From Thermoplasmatota archaeon (GTDB lineage Archaea; Thermoplasmatota; E2; JACPAO01; JAHFTW01), in NCBI GenBank assembly GCA_041601615.1, contig JBFIHX010000002.1, positions 286,840 to 350,839 on the forward strand: 64,000 bases of DNA, given 5' to 3'. A program made the translations under genes and the position numbers. Positions 37,774-47,555 of this stretch are shown piece after piece; positions within the stretch are counted from its first letter, which is position 1, and every line of letters starts with the position of its first letter. Under the pieces are notes generated by a model. That model saw only the letters and a list, made by a program, of their open reading frames with translations, was not told where the DNA came from and ran no database searches.

Positions 37774-37782
37774 CTGGGAGGT
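37774..37782. repeat. Target-site duplication CTGGGAGGT (right)
   Basis: Identical to 25487-25495. Confidence 0.9.
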
Positions 37783-37820
37783 GTGCTTCCAGTGGGGCGG
37801 GTGGAGCGCAGGCGCCCAGT

Positions 37821-38078
37821 TCAGTCTCGACGCGTGGATGCGAGTTGCAATCGGTCACGCACGGTCAACAATCCGAGGAGGATGATGGGCGGCGCCACGG
37901 CAAACGACCACACCATGATGTCGCTGGGGGTGCCACCAAGCCACGGCAACGCCGCGATGATCAGAACGGAGGCAATCAGACTTTGTCCTGCAAGGTCCCA
38001 GGTTCGGCCCATGCGTCCACCCATGGAACCGGCCACTTCGAGCTTGTCTCCATAGAAACACGCTTCCGTCAGGTTCAT
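37821..38078 (-). CDS. Small 2-TM membrane protein (start uncertain)
   Basis: Two hydrophobic segments. Confidence 0.45.
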   Translation of the reverse strand: MNLTEACFYGDKLEVAGSMGGRMGRTWDLAGQSLIASVLIIAALPWLGGTPSDIMVWSFAVAPPIILLGLLTVRDRLQLASTRRD

Positions 38079-38102
38079 GCCGCCGGCTTGTGTGGCCGCA
38101 TC

Positions 38103-38843
38103 GTGCGCTTGGTGCGGGTATGGTCATTGCTGTTGTCGCTGGTGCTCAGCGTGTCCTTGACCGGCTGTGTGAGCGAGTTGTTGACGAGCGAGCAAGTGAC
38201 GGTGCGTACGGTCTCCTGTGCCGTGGTGGATCCAGCCGCAGGGCGCGGCGTCATGTTTGCCCTGCATCGGCAAAGTGGCGTCCAGCGCGTCCCCGTGGAG
38301 GCGCTTTGGGGCGTTGCCCAGGAGCTCGGTGACGCCGGCTTTGGCGACGATCGGTTCCAAGCGGCGGAAGCGGAGTTGTTGCGGGGCACTGGGGCGTGGT
38401 CGCTTGTGCGTCTGCAAACATGGGCCGAGGATGCTACGGTGCTTGACGACGCCCGCGTGACCATCCATGTGCTGTGGGTCCAATCCTTCGAGGAGGAAGA
38501 GCCAACGACCATGATGGTTGCGCCAGGCGTGGTGGCGGTTTCGGAAGCCGCCGTGGTCGCGGGGGCCCAGCGATTGGAGCGTTCCGAGGACTTCTTGGCC
38601 AGGGTCTTGCTGCTGCATGTCGTGGGCCATGCACTTGGCGCCGTCAACCAGGGCATTCCGCTCAACAGCACGAGTCCCGAATTGCAAGAGGGGCCGGCAG
38701 GCCATGAACCGGCGCTGGATTCGGTTTTGAACGTCGGCTGGGATCGTGTCCACACCATGCCGCATTCGAATGCTACCTACACGGGGTACTCGGCGGCGGT
38801 GCTTGATGATTGGCGGGCTGCGGCTCGGAGCGTGTGCCCGTGA
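38103..38843 (+). CDS. Lipoprotein, zincin-like with degenerate HExxH
   Basis: Lipobox LTGC; LLHVVGHALG...GHEP..DSVL. Confidence 0.6.
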   Translation: MRLVRVWSLLLSLVLSVSLTGCVSELLTSEQVTVRTVSCAVVDPAAGRGVMFALHRQSGVQRVPVEALWGVAQELGDAGFGDDRFQAAEAELLRGTGAWSLVRLQTWAEDATVLDDARVTIHVLWVQSFEEEEPTTMMVAPGVVAVSEAAVVAGAQRLERSEDFLARVLLLHVVGHALGAVNQGIPLNSTSPELQEGPAGHEPALDSVLNVGWDRVHTMPHSNATYTGYSAAVLDDWRAAARSVCP

Positions 38844-39022
38844 CGAAGCTCTATGAAGATGCACTGCGCCTTTCGATCAACGAGAATCTGCGCAACATCA
38901 GGACCATTCTCGAATGGGCCAAGGATGCGCCGGACCTGAAGGATGCCATCGCGCACTCGGAGCAGGCGTACCAGCTCTTGGGTGAGGTTGTGGCGAATTT
39001 GCGCGAGTTGGGCCGAGCGTAG
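38840..39022 (+). CDS. Small helical hypothetical protein
   Basis: GTGA overlap; amphipathic helices. Confidence 0.55.
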   Translation: MTKLYEDALRLSINENLRNIRTILEWAKDAPDLKDAIAHSEQAYQLLGEVVANLRELGRA

Positions 39023-39157
39023 CGAGGCGCCACTCGCGTTTGCCGCGGTGCGTGAGCGCCGTGTGCTGTGGGAGTTGGGTCGGGCGTTGCGGAGCGCCAC
39101 TCGCGTTTGCCGCGGTGCGTGAGCGCCGTGTGCTGTGGGAGTTGGGCCGAGCGTAGC
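39005..39157. repeat. 67-bp tandem repeat, ~2.3 units
   Basis: GAGTTGGGYCGRGCGTWGC at 39005, 39072 and 39139; the intervening 48-mers are near-identical. Confidence 0.85.
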
Positions 39158-39231
39158 CTTCACCCTGGCGTGGGCTCCTTGTGGCCACGACAACCCTAAA
39201 CGGGCTTTCCTCGGTCGTGCCTTGTTTGGTC

Positions 39232-41946
39232 ATGGATGTTGGTGCATCGGTGCAGCGTGCTCTCTCCCGCGTGATGCGTGGTTCTGCCCAGCGTGCTTGG
39301 TTGGTGATTGGCGTTGTTGCGCTCATCACGGCCGGCAGCATAGGCGTGCTTCTGACAGTGGAGCCGAACGTGGAGACGGACATTCAGTCCGGGTATTTTG
39401 CCACCTACGACGATCAGGCCAATGCGTTTCGGGACCTGCGGCGTGACGTTGCGGGTGTGAACTCAGAAATCGTCTACTTCGAGTTGAAGGAGGACGCGAG
39501 GGGGCCAGCGGCGGACGGCAGTGGTGACACAGTGCCGGTTACGAACGTCACAAGCATGGAGGCGCTGCGGGCACAAGAGGAACTGTTTGCCTTCGTCAAG
39601 GCGGAATTCAAGGAGCGCACAGGCTTGGACAAGGTGGTCAGCCACACGAGCCTGCCGTACTTCGAGAAGCTCATCTATGCACAGTTTCCGGGCGGTTGCT
39701 TCTGCCTCGCGCCCGACCAGGGCCAACACGACATTTCGCAGCAACTTCTAGACGCCGCCGACAGCACCGGCGCCATCGCCCTCTACCGCAGCGACGACTA
39801 CCGGGCCGCTGTGATGTTCATCATCTACGAACCGGACACTTCGGAGCTTTCCAAGAAGGAGACGGGCGGACTCATCAACGAAATCATCGGCGAATACCGG
39901 GAGCTTTCGGTCGGCGCATCGGGTGCCGCGGGCGTCGAGAAGACAAGCGACCTGTGGAAGGACGAATACTTCGATTCTTGGGGCGTGCAGTCCTGGATTT
40001 ACCGCATCGATCAGCAAGTGGAGAAGGAGTCGACCATCTTCATCGCCGCCGTCTTCGGATTCCTGGCCGTGACTCTGCTCTTTCTGTTTCGCAATGTCAA
40101 GCGCGCCGCCATCGGCGTTAGCACCGTCGGCATCATTCTGCTTTGGACCCTCGCCGGGATGACCCTCGGCGGCGTCAGCATCGGCTTCGTCTCCATGGCC
40201 ATGTTCCCGCTTCTGCTTGGTGTCGGCGTGGACTACGTCATCCATATCATCAACGAATTTGGCACGGAACGAGCGGAAACAGACTCCGCCGACGCCGCCT
40301 TCGACCTCATCGGCCGTCGCGGCGCGGTGGCGTTGTTCATCAGCACCCTCACGACCGTGTCCGGCTTTGTCGTGATGATCACGAGCACCAGCCCCATGAT
40401 CGTGGAAATCGGCACCGCGACCATCCTCGGCATCCTGAGCGTGTTCGTGCTCAGCCTAACCTTCCTTCCTGCCCTCCTGCAACTGAGTGTTCGCAACGAG
40501 TCGCGTGAAGTATTCCGGCCCAGCCAAGCCGTGGGCGCCTTTGCTCGTTGGGTCGGCACCCACAAGGCGATCGTCATCGTCGGCCTGCTGGCTGGCACTG
40601 CCGTCTTTGGGGCGACCGTTCCCAAGACGGAATACGTCATCGGCACCGTCGAAGTCAACCTGCCCCAGAAAGAAATCTGGACGCACAAAGACGACCGTGC
40701 CCACATGCTCGATATGTACGAGCGGTTCCAGACCACGATCAAGTCCACTGGCCAGGAGACCATCATCACCCAAGCACTGTCGGAGTGTGCAGGCCCCGCA
40801 CCGTCGTCGCCCTGCGGCTTGGCCACGAAGGCGGCAGTGGACGACATGATCACCGTCCACAAGGCGATGGTTGCCAACGAATTCGTCCAGGCCTCCGGCG
40901 GAGCGGTCAATTCCGTGCCATTCATCCTCAACTTGCACGCTTTGCTGCGTGATGGCCTCGAAAGTGCCGCCCCGGGCATCCTGGACAGCATCGTGCGCGG
41001 CGGCGCCTTCGTGCCCTGCGACGACCCTCCCGACGAGCTAGGCGGTCTCCTACCGCCCCAGGACTGCTTCGAGGGCTTCGGCGACGCACTGGGCGACCCC
41101 TACGACCCCGACTTCGAACTGATCGCCGACTACACCGATGCAGACGTGCTCGATGCGTACAACGACATGATTGGCCGCCCCGAGTGGGCGCCTCTACTGC
41201 GGACGTTTATGGACGAATCCTACAACATCGCCTGGGCATTGACGTTCGTGGACATTCCGATTGACCAGGAAGCGGCCTTCAAAGCAGACGAAGCGCTGGC
41301 CGAGGTCGCAAGCACCGTCGCGGGCAGCACCAGCACCGACACGAACTACTTTGGCACCCTCTCGGGCATCAAGAAGTACAACGACTACACCAACTACTGG
41401 CTCAGCCTCAGCACCGCCGTCTCGCTTGCCATTGTGGGTTTGCTCGTGGGGCTCTTTACGCGGTCCTGGCGCGCCGTGGCCGCAACGCTGACTCCGATGA
41501 TCCTCACGTTCACCTGGTGGCTCGGCGCCCTGCCCCTGCCGGCCATCAACATCGACTTGGCGTTCATCTTCATGATTCCCATAGCCTTCATCACGAGCCT
41601 AGGCAGCGACTACGCGGTGCATTTGACATGGAATCTGGAAAAACAGGCCGACGCAACGCGCGTTTTCAAAACCGTAGGAAAAGCGGTCGCCTACTCCGCC
41701 TTCACCACCGCCGTCAGCTTCTGGATCTTCACCCGAGGCGCCATCCGAGGCAGCTACGAAATGTTCGAAGCCGCCGTCATCGCCATCGTGCTCATGGCCA
41801 CCCTGACCCTGTTGACTATTCCCCTGTTCTATTTCCGACGCGACGGCAGCAGCGTGCGAAGCCAAGCAAACGACACGGGAGCACAACAACGAACGGAAGC
41901 GGCAGAAGGAGACGAAAAGGGCTGGATGGACCCCGTTCAAAGCTAG
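39232..41946 (+). CDS. RND/MMPL family transporter
   Basis: Two repeats of TM + large loop + 5 TM; LLLGVGVDYVIH and LGSDYAVH motifs. Confidence 0.88.
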   Translation: MDVGASVQRALSRVMRGSAQRAWLVIGVVALITAGSIGVLLTVEPNVETDIQSGYFATYDDQANAFRDLRRDVAGVNSEIVYFELKEDARGPAADGSGDTVPVTNVTSMEALRAQEELFAFVKAEFKERTGLDKVVSHTSLPYFEKLIYAQFPGGCFCLAPDQGQHDISQQLLDAADSTGAIALYRSDDYRAAVMFIIYEPDTSELSKKETGGLINEIIGEYRELSVGASGAAGVEKTSDLWKDEYFDSWGVQSWIYRIDQQVEKESTIFIAAVFGFLAVTLLFLFRNVKRAAIGVSTVGIILLWTLAGMTLGGVSIGFVSMAMFPLLLGVGVDYVIHIINEFGTERAETDSADAAFDLIGRRGAVALFISTLTTVSGFVVMITSTSPMIVEIGTATILGILSVFVLSLTFLPALLQLSVRNESREVFRPSQAVGAFARWVGTHKAIVIVGLLAGTAVFGATVPKTEYVIGTVEVNLPQKEIWTHKDDRAHMLDMYERFQTTIKSTGQETIITQALSECAGPAPSSPCGLATKAAVDDMITVHKAMVANEFVQASGGAVNSVPFILNLHALLRDGLESAAPGILDSIVRGGAFVPCDDPPDELGGLLPPQDCFEGFGDALGDPYDPDFELIADYTDADVLDAYNDMIGRPEWAPLLRTFMDESYNIAWALTFVDIPIDQEAAFKADEALAEVASTVAGSTSTDTNYFGTLSGIKKYNDYTNYWLSLSTAVSLAIVGLLVGLFTRSWRAVAATLTPMILTFTWWLGALPLPAINIDLAFIFMIPIAFITSLGSDYAVHLTWNLEKQADATRVFKTVGKAVAYSAFTTAVSFWIFTRGAIRGSYEMFEAAVIAIVLMATLTLLTIPLFYFRRDGSSVRSQANDTGAQQRTEAAEGDEKGWMDPVQS

Positions 41947-42040
41947 GAACCCCCGCCAAACGCACAGAAACAACGAAATTCGCAGCAAAAGCGAGTGCCG
42001 ACAGGGCAACGCTCAAGCACCTTGCCGCTCCGGGGGGTAC

Positions 42041-42424
42041 GTGGACCTGCCGGCCTTCCTGCTTCGCAAGCTGTACCAACGGGGTAGCCTGCGCCAGGTC
42101 GAACAAGGCATGTTCACGCTGCGCATCCACAATCCGCTCGGCACTGCCACCGTCATCCGGCCACCACGGTTCGTCATCAATGGCGTCCGACACAATCCCG
42201 CGCAAATTCGCTCGGACGTAGACCTGTCCAAAATAAACGAAGACAACCCCCTCGTGTTTTCCAAGGGAACAGGTTATGAACTCTATTTCCAAGGTCACTT
42301 ATTGAGAGGAGCCAACCGGATTCACATGACCGTACAGACCAAGGAATTCGGCCAATTGGAGCTTTTTGTTGAAGAACGCGAGGCGGAGGTAGGCGAGGTG
42401 AACCATGCCGGAGAAGAAGAATAG
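42041..42424 (+). CDS. Conserved hypothetical beta protein
   Basis: LPAFLLRKLYQRGSL..FTLRIHNPL resembles a domain seen stand-alone or fused to some HMG-CoA reductases (recalled, unverified). Confidence 0.55.
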   Translation: MDLPAFLLRKLYQRGSLRQVEQGMFTLRIHNPLGTATVIRPPRFVINGVRHNPAQIRSDVDLSKINEDNPLVFSKGTGYELYFQGHLLRGANRIHMTVQTKEFGQLELFVEEREAEVGEVNHAGEEE

Positions 42425-42555
42425 GACATTTGCGGCACCATTCGTCCGGTTTGTTTCAACACAGCTTATCAACCCTTTCCACTCATCCCCATACCAACTT
42501 ATGGATGCTGGCCGGGATGAACCTGCAACCCGTCATCGACGGGTAGGTGGGTCTC

Positions 42556-42816
42556 ATGAAACAACTCTTCATCCTGCTAACCGCTTGCACGCTGATCGCT
42601 CCGGCCGCTCTGGCGGAGGAAGTCGGGCCGGTGAGTTGCGATCCGGGGCTGGAAGAGGGCAGCTGCACAGTGTCGTACGCTCTCAACGAACCGGACAGTG
42701 GACACGCTTCCAGCGCACACGCGGATTGTCCCTCGGTAATCGTGTCCTACAACCTCAAAGGCTGGCTCCCCGCGGACGCCAATCCCAACATCGAATGCAT
42801 CCACTACGATCCATAG
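42556..42816 (+). CDS. Small secreted Cys-containing protein
   Basis: Signal MKQLFILLTACTLIAPAALA, 4 Cys in the mature part. Confidence 0.6.
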   Translation: MKQLFILLTACTLIAPAALAEEVGPVSCDPGLEEGSCTVSYALNEPDSGHASSAHADCPSVIVSYNLKGWLPADANPNIECIHYDP

Positions 42817-44186
42817 GACTCATCGTCCTTACGGCCCTCTTGCTGGCAACGCCCACAATGGCGCAACATGTGTTGTCCTTCAGCCAGAGCACCCATGCTG
42901 GTCTGGTTGAGGGTACGGGAGCGCTTGCCGGCGTCGAGTTTGTCGAAATCAGCAGCGCCACCGCGACGCTATCGTTTTCTGAAGGAGTGCTCGACCGTGC
43001 CTGGAACAACAACAGCGTCGACGCCACTGTCGTCGAAGTGGAAGGCAACTCAGGCTCCTCGCGAGATTCGATTTCTGCCGGTTCCGTACGGATGTACAAT
43101 ACCCAGTCGGACGCAATCTTGATGGTGTTCAAGAACGGCGACGTCCGCTGGAGCTACGATGGTCCCGGGGGATCCCTGGAGCCGGTTGCACCTGGCAAAA
43201 CGGCGCTCACGGACCGCAACCCCTTGATTCGAGATGGTGAACGTCCCTCGGTGGGACTTCAGGAGGCTTCTGTATGGCGCTCCGACGCGGACGGCCGCAT
43301 CATCCTCCAAGGAGATTTCCTCGTCAGTCTGTATGGCTGGAACCTCCGCTTCGATAACGGCCACTCTTTCACGGCGGGGGCGGAGACCACTGTTGGCGGC
43401 GAACCAGTCCAACTCCAAACAACTTCCAGCGCGTGGCTGATGGTCAAGGACGCCACTTTGACTCTTGATGTGTATGAGGGTGGTGTGCGCAACAGTTTCG
43501 TCCATTCCCCCACCATCACCACCGACGGCACCGCGACGCTCGTCGGCTTGCCCCTGGGTCAAGATAAGACCTACACCGGGATCACTACGTTGGCCGCGGA
43601 TACCTCGGGCGACCACCTTGAGGGCACTCTTCGTGAAGGTGCCATTGGGTCGGCGCCTGGCGCGGCGCCTTCGTCCACGTCTGTCTTTGCGCCCTCGGGC
43701 TCTGCTTGGATGTGGGGTGCGGGTGGCGCGGCGCTGCTTGTGGCGGCGTTTGTGGCGGCGGCTTTGCTTACACGCAGTGTGCCTATGCTCGAATGGCGGT
43801 CGTATCATGCTCTTGATGAGCACCGGCCGCTTCGTGCGTCGGTTTGGGCACGTTTGTGGTCCCGTCGTGATCCGTGGGACGGTCATGCGTGGGCGGCTCG
43901 TGGTGAGTCGCACATGATGATGGGTCAAAATCGGCGTGCGGCCAAGCACTTCACGTCGGCGCATGCGCTGTTGCCTGTGGATGAGCGTGCGATCAATGCG
44001 TTGCATGCGGCTCGTGCTCATGCGCGCGGAGGCCGTGCTCCGGAGGCCGCGCACTGGATCGGCATCGTGGCGAGCTTGGACCTCAACGTATTGTTGAGTG
44101 CTCGTGAGGAGCCCGATTTTGCCCGTGTGTGGAACGACGCCGTGGTGCAGAAAACGGTGCAGCAAGTTTTGGGCGTCGGCGCGTAG
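42795..44186 (+). CDS. Membrane-anchored protein: extracellular beta domain, TM, cytoplasmic TPR-like repeats
   Basis: Signal peptide, central TM, AWAARGESHMMMGQ..AAKHF TPR pattern. Confidence 0.65.
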   Translation: MHPLRSIGLIVLTALLLATPTMAQHVLSFSQSTHAGLVEGTGALAGVEFVEISSATATLSFSEGVLDRAWNNNSVDATVVEVEGNSGSSRDSISAGSVRMYNTQSDAILMVFKNGDVRWSYDGPGGSLEPVAPGKTALTDRNPLIRDGERPSVGLQEASVWRSDADGRIILQGDFLVSLYGWNLRFDNGHSFTAGAETTVGGEPVQLQTTSSAWLMVKDATLTLDVYEGGVRNSFVHSPTITTDGTATLVGLPLGQDKTYTGITTLAADTSGDHLEGTLREGAIGSAPGAAPSSTSVFAPSGSAWMWGAGGAALLVAAFVAAALLTRSVPMLEWRSYHALDEHRPLRASVWARLWSRRDPWDGHAWAARGESHMMMGQNRRAAKHFTSAHALLPVDERAINALHAARAHARGGRAPEAAHWIGIVASLDLNVLLSAREEPDFARVWNDAVVQKTVQQVLGVGA

Positions 44187-44391
44187 AAACCGCCGGGGCA
44201 CGGACCTGTTTATGCTGTTATGATTCCCTGGCGGCGCCTTGGTGGATTGGGGCCTCTTGAATCTGGTGGGAACTTCATTGGAAACAGCCGGCGCGGCATG
44301 AGCTGGGCTTGGCCGCCGAAAAGGTGCTTAGGGTGGAGCGAGCCGCACAGAATTCGTCTGCAAAGCCGGAGTCCGCCTCGAGAGCGGGGAC

Positions 44392-44925
44392 CTAGACGCG
44401 CTCTGCATCCATGGTGTAGGGTTGGCCCCCGGCGGGCCGGGTTGGGCGTGGCGTTTGGGGTTCGCTGCGCATGCGGCGGGCGAAAAACGAGATCCAGAGT
44501 CCGAGGATGAACCAGATCCAGCCGCCGATTAAGAAGCCCAGCAGGCCCGCGACGGCGGTGGCATTGCCAACCACGCGAAGCACGACGGTGGTCCAGATGC
44601 GGCCTTGCCAGAGGGCCACGAGGAGTTTGCCGAGCCAGGGGATGATGGCGAGCGACACGAGCATGGCGGAGCCGGCCACGAGCCCGGCAACGAGGTCGCT
44701 GCTGCCTGCGAGGACACTGCATTCGGGGCCAACGATGCAGCGTTCGCCGTTGCGTCCAAGCAGAATGAGTGCGCCAGCCACGAGGGCAAGGCACTGCCAG
44801 ACAAGGTATGCAGCGAGTCCGCCGACAGTCGCCATCCAGGCGGCATCGCGGCGCAGGGGCGAAAGGGCGGTTTGTGCTTGCCCAAGCCCCATGGAGGAAC
44901 CGGGGCCGTACCATTGGATGCGCAT
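44392..44925 (-). CDS. Membrane protein (4 TM)
   Basis: Hydrophobic segments; ATG overlaps the ALDH stop. Confidence 0.5.
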   Translation of the reverse strand: MRIQWYGPGSSMGLGQAQTALSPLRRDAAWMATVGGLAAYLVWQCLALVAGALILLGRNGERCIVGPECSVLAGSSDLVAGLVAGSAMLVSLAIIPWLGKLLVALWQGRIWTTVVLRVVGNATAVAGLLGFLIGGWIWFILGLWISFFARRMRSEPQTPRPTRPAGGQPYTMDAERV

Positions 44926-46478
44926 CAGAGTGCGAACTCGATGCCTTGCGCAAGGGGTAGGTCCGAGCCCCAGTTGATGGTGTTGGTTTGGCGGCGCATA
45001 TATTGTTTCCAGGAGTCGCTGCCGGATTCGCGGCCGCCGCCGGTGTCCTTTTCGCCGCCGAATGCGCCGCCGATTTCTGCGCCGCTGGTGCCGATGTTGA
45101 CGTTGGCGATGCCGCAGTCGCTGCCCCAAGCCGAGAGGAACGCTTCGGATTCGCGCACGTCGTTGGTGAAGATGGCGCTGCTGAGGCCTTGGCGGACCCC
45201 GTTGTGCCAGCTCATGACGTCGTCGAAGTGTTCGTATTCAAACAGGTACAGGATGGGCGCAAAGGTCTCGTCTTTGGCAAGGGGGAACGCCTCGGGGCCT
45301 CCGGGGACCCAGAAGACGGTGGGGGCGACGTAGCAGTCGCCAAGCTCGGGAAGCGCGGTGCCACCGGCAAGCAGTTCGGCGCCTTGCTTTTTGGCTTCGG
45401 CTACGGCTGCTTCGAACATGGCCACGGCGTCGGTGTCGATGAGCGGGCCCATGAGGTTGCGGGCGTCCAGCGGATCGCCGACGGTCACTTGCTTGTAGGC
45501 CTTCAGGAGCGCTTCTTGGAACCGGGCGCGTACGTCCTTGTGGATGAAGACGCGGCGCGTACTCGTGCAGCGCTGGCCGGCGGTGCCCACGGCCCCGAAC
45601 AGGACGCCTCGGATGGCGATGTCGAGGTCGGCGGATTTGCTTACGATGATGCCGTTGTTGCCGCCTAGTTCTAGGATGGTGCGGCCCATGCGGCCGGCGA
45701 CGGTGGCGCCGACGTGGCGGCCCATGCGGCAGGAGCCTGTGGCGCTGATGAGGGGGATGCGGTCGTCTTCGATGAGGGTTTGGCCAATCGGGTCGGCGGT
45801 GCCTTGCACGAGGGTGGCGACTCCAGGGTGTCCGGCGTCGGTGAGCACGTCGGCGAGGGTTTTGTGGAGGGCGACGGCGGTCAGCGGGGTCTTTTCGCTG
45901 GGTTTCCAGATGACGCTGTCGCCGCAGATGAGGGCGAGGGCCGCGTTCCAGCCGTAGACGGCCATGGGGAAGTTGAAGGCGGTGACGATGCCCACGACGC
46001 CGAGGGGGTGCCATTGTTCGTACATGCGGTGCAGCGGGCGTTCGCTGTGCATGGTGTTGCCGAACATCATGCGGCTCTGGCCGACGGCAAGGTCGCAGAT
46101 GTCGATGATTTCTTGGACCTCTCCGAGGCCTTCTTGGAGGCTCTTGCCCATTTCGAGGCTGACGAGGCGCCCCAGCGGTTCTTTGAGTTCGCGCAGGCGT
46201 TCTCCCCAGAGGCGCACGACTTCGCCGCGCTTGGGGGCCGGAACGCGGCGCCAGGTCTCGAAAGCGAGCTTGGAGGCGGTGACGCAGGCGTCGAGTTGTT
46301 CGGGCGTGGACTCGCTGATGGTGGCCAGCAAGGCGTCGTCAATCGGGGTGTGCACGTCGCGCGTGGGTCCGCCGCCGAGGAACATGGTGCCGTCGTGGGT
46401 GGCGGCGACGATTTGCTTGGCGTCGATTCCGAGTTCCCGTAGCAGATCGCCGTGGGGGAGGCTCAGGGTTTGGGTCAT
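44925..46478 (-). CDS. Aldehyde dehydrogenase family 7 (AASA dehydrogenase-like)
   Basis: TAFNFP, WKPSEKTP, LELGGNN, GTAGQRCT, ETFAPIL, GAEIGGAFGGEKDTGGGRESGSDSWKQY. Confidence 0.93.
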   Translation of the reverse strand: MTQTLSLPHGDLLRELGIDAKQIVAATHDGTMFLGGGPTRDVHTPIDDALLATISESTPEQLDACVTASKLAFETWRRVPAPKRGEVVRLWGERLRELKEPLGRLVSLEMGKSLQEGLGEVQEIIDICDLAVGQSRMMFGNTMHSERPLHRMYEQWHPLGVVGIVTAFNFPMAVYGWNAALALICGDSVIWKPSEKTPLTAVALHKTLADVLTDAGHPGVATLVQGTADPIGQTLIEDDRIPLISATGSCRMGRHVGATVAGRMGRTILELGGNNGIIVSKSADLDIAIRGVLFGAVGTAGQRCTSTRRVFIHKDVRARFQEALLKAYKQVTVGDPLDARNLMGPLIDTDAVAMFEAAVAEAKKQGAELLAGGTALPELGDCYVAPTVFWVPGGPEAFPLAKDETFAPILYLFEYEHFDDVMSWHNGVRQGLSSAIFTNDVRESEAFLSAWGSDCGIANVNIGTSGAEIGGAFGGEKDTGGGRESGSDSWKQYMRRQTNTINWGSDLPLAQGIEFAL

Positions 46479-46527
46479 GGGCGCCGCACTGGGCGCCAAC
46501 GTTTGAAAGTCTCGCACCGTGCCAGTG

Positions 46528-47555
46528 CCGTGGCCCGCCCCCTGCCCCAGGATTATTTGCAACCGGACGAAGAGCCGCTGCACGCAACGGGTCGGCATCC
46601 TCTGTCTGCGTTGGACGAGGTGCTTGGAGCGCTTGTTGTGCTCAGCTTCCTGTCGATGGGGCTCTGGATTGGGCTGCGCCTGTTTGCTCCGGCGCTATGG
46701 TCTCTGTTCGGGGTTCCGGCCCTGATTGGAGCAGGAGTGGTGTTCGTGATGTTTGTGGTAACGCGCATTTGGCGCGTCCAGACGAGTCGCTACATCATCA
46801 CGGCCGAGCGGACCTACAAGTCGTTCGGGCGTTTGCGGTTTCAGCTCTTGCAAACCACCTACGACAAGGTGACGGACTTGCATGTTCGCCAAAGTCTGTT
46901 TGGGCGCATCTGGGGCTTTGGCACGGTGCGCCTGGAAACCGCAGGCACCGGCATCGCGCTCGAGGGCGTGCGTGATCCGCTTGGATACAAGAAGCGCGTC
47001 GAGGCGGCGCGTAGTGGATTCCTTCGAACGCTCGTGGCGCAGCACGTCCCAGACACCACGCGGCGTCGCACAAGTGCCGAGGTGGACGATGCGTCTCCTG
47101 CGCGGCGCGCCTTGTGGAACGGCCGCCCGAGCATTGCATCGTTTTTTGGCAACGGCATCCAGGGAAGCTTGTTGGCCTTCGTGGGTTCATGGCTGATTGT
47201 CTTGTCCCTGTTTGGCGAAAGCGTGCTGCTCGTGGTGGGTGGCGTCATGCTCGCAGCGGGCCTCGCGACCCTCTGGGGGCACTGGGTGCGGTTCCGGTAC
47301 ACGAAGTACGGCGTCGAAAACTGGGGTGTCGTGGTCACGTCCGGTTGGTTGGCGCGTCGCCGCGTGGAGACCACCTATGAGAAGGTGACGGATGTGACCG
47401 TGTACCAGGGTATTTTGGGGCGGATGTTTGGCTTTGGCAACATCACCATCAACACCGCAGGAAGCAACCAGGCCCCGGTGGTGTTTCATGGGCTTGGTGA
47501 TCCAGAAGGGGTCAAGGCGACCATTGATGAAGCGCGTCGCGGGGTTCGTTCTTGA
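46528..47555 (+). CDS. Membrane protein with two bacterial PH (bPH_2) domains (start approximate)
   Basis: Repeated TYDKVTD..QSLFGRIWGFGTV..ETAG / TYEKVTD..QGILGRMFGFGNI..NTAG. Confidence 0.78.

Noticed and set aside
39005-39157. Mini CRISPR array
   Set aside because: The spacers are near-identical, the repeat is only 19 bp, and there are no cas genes.
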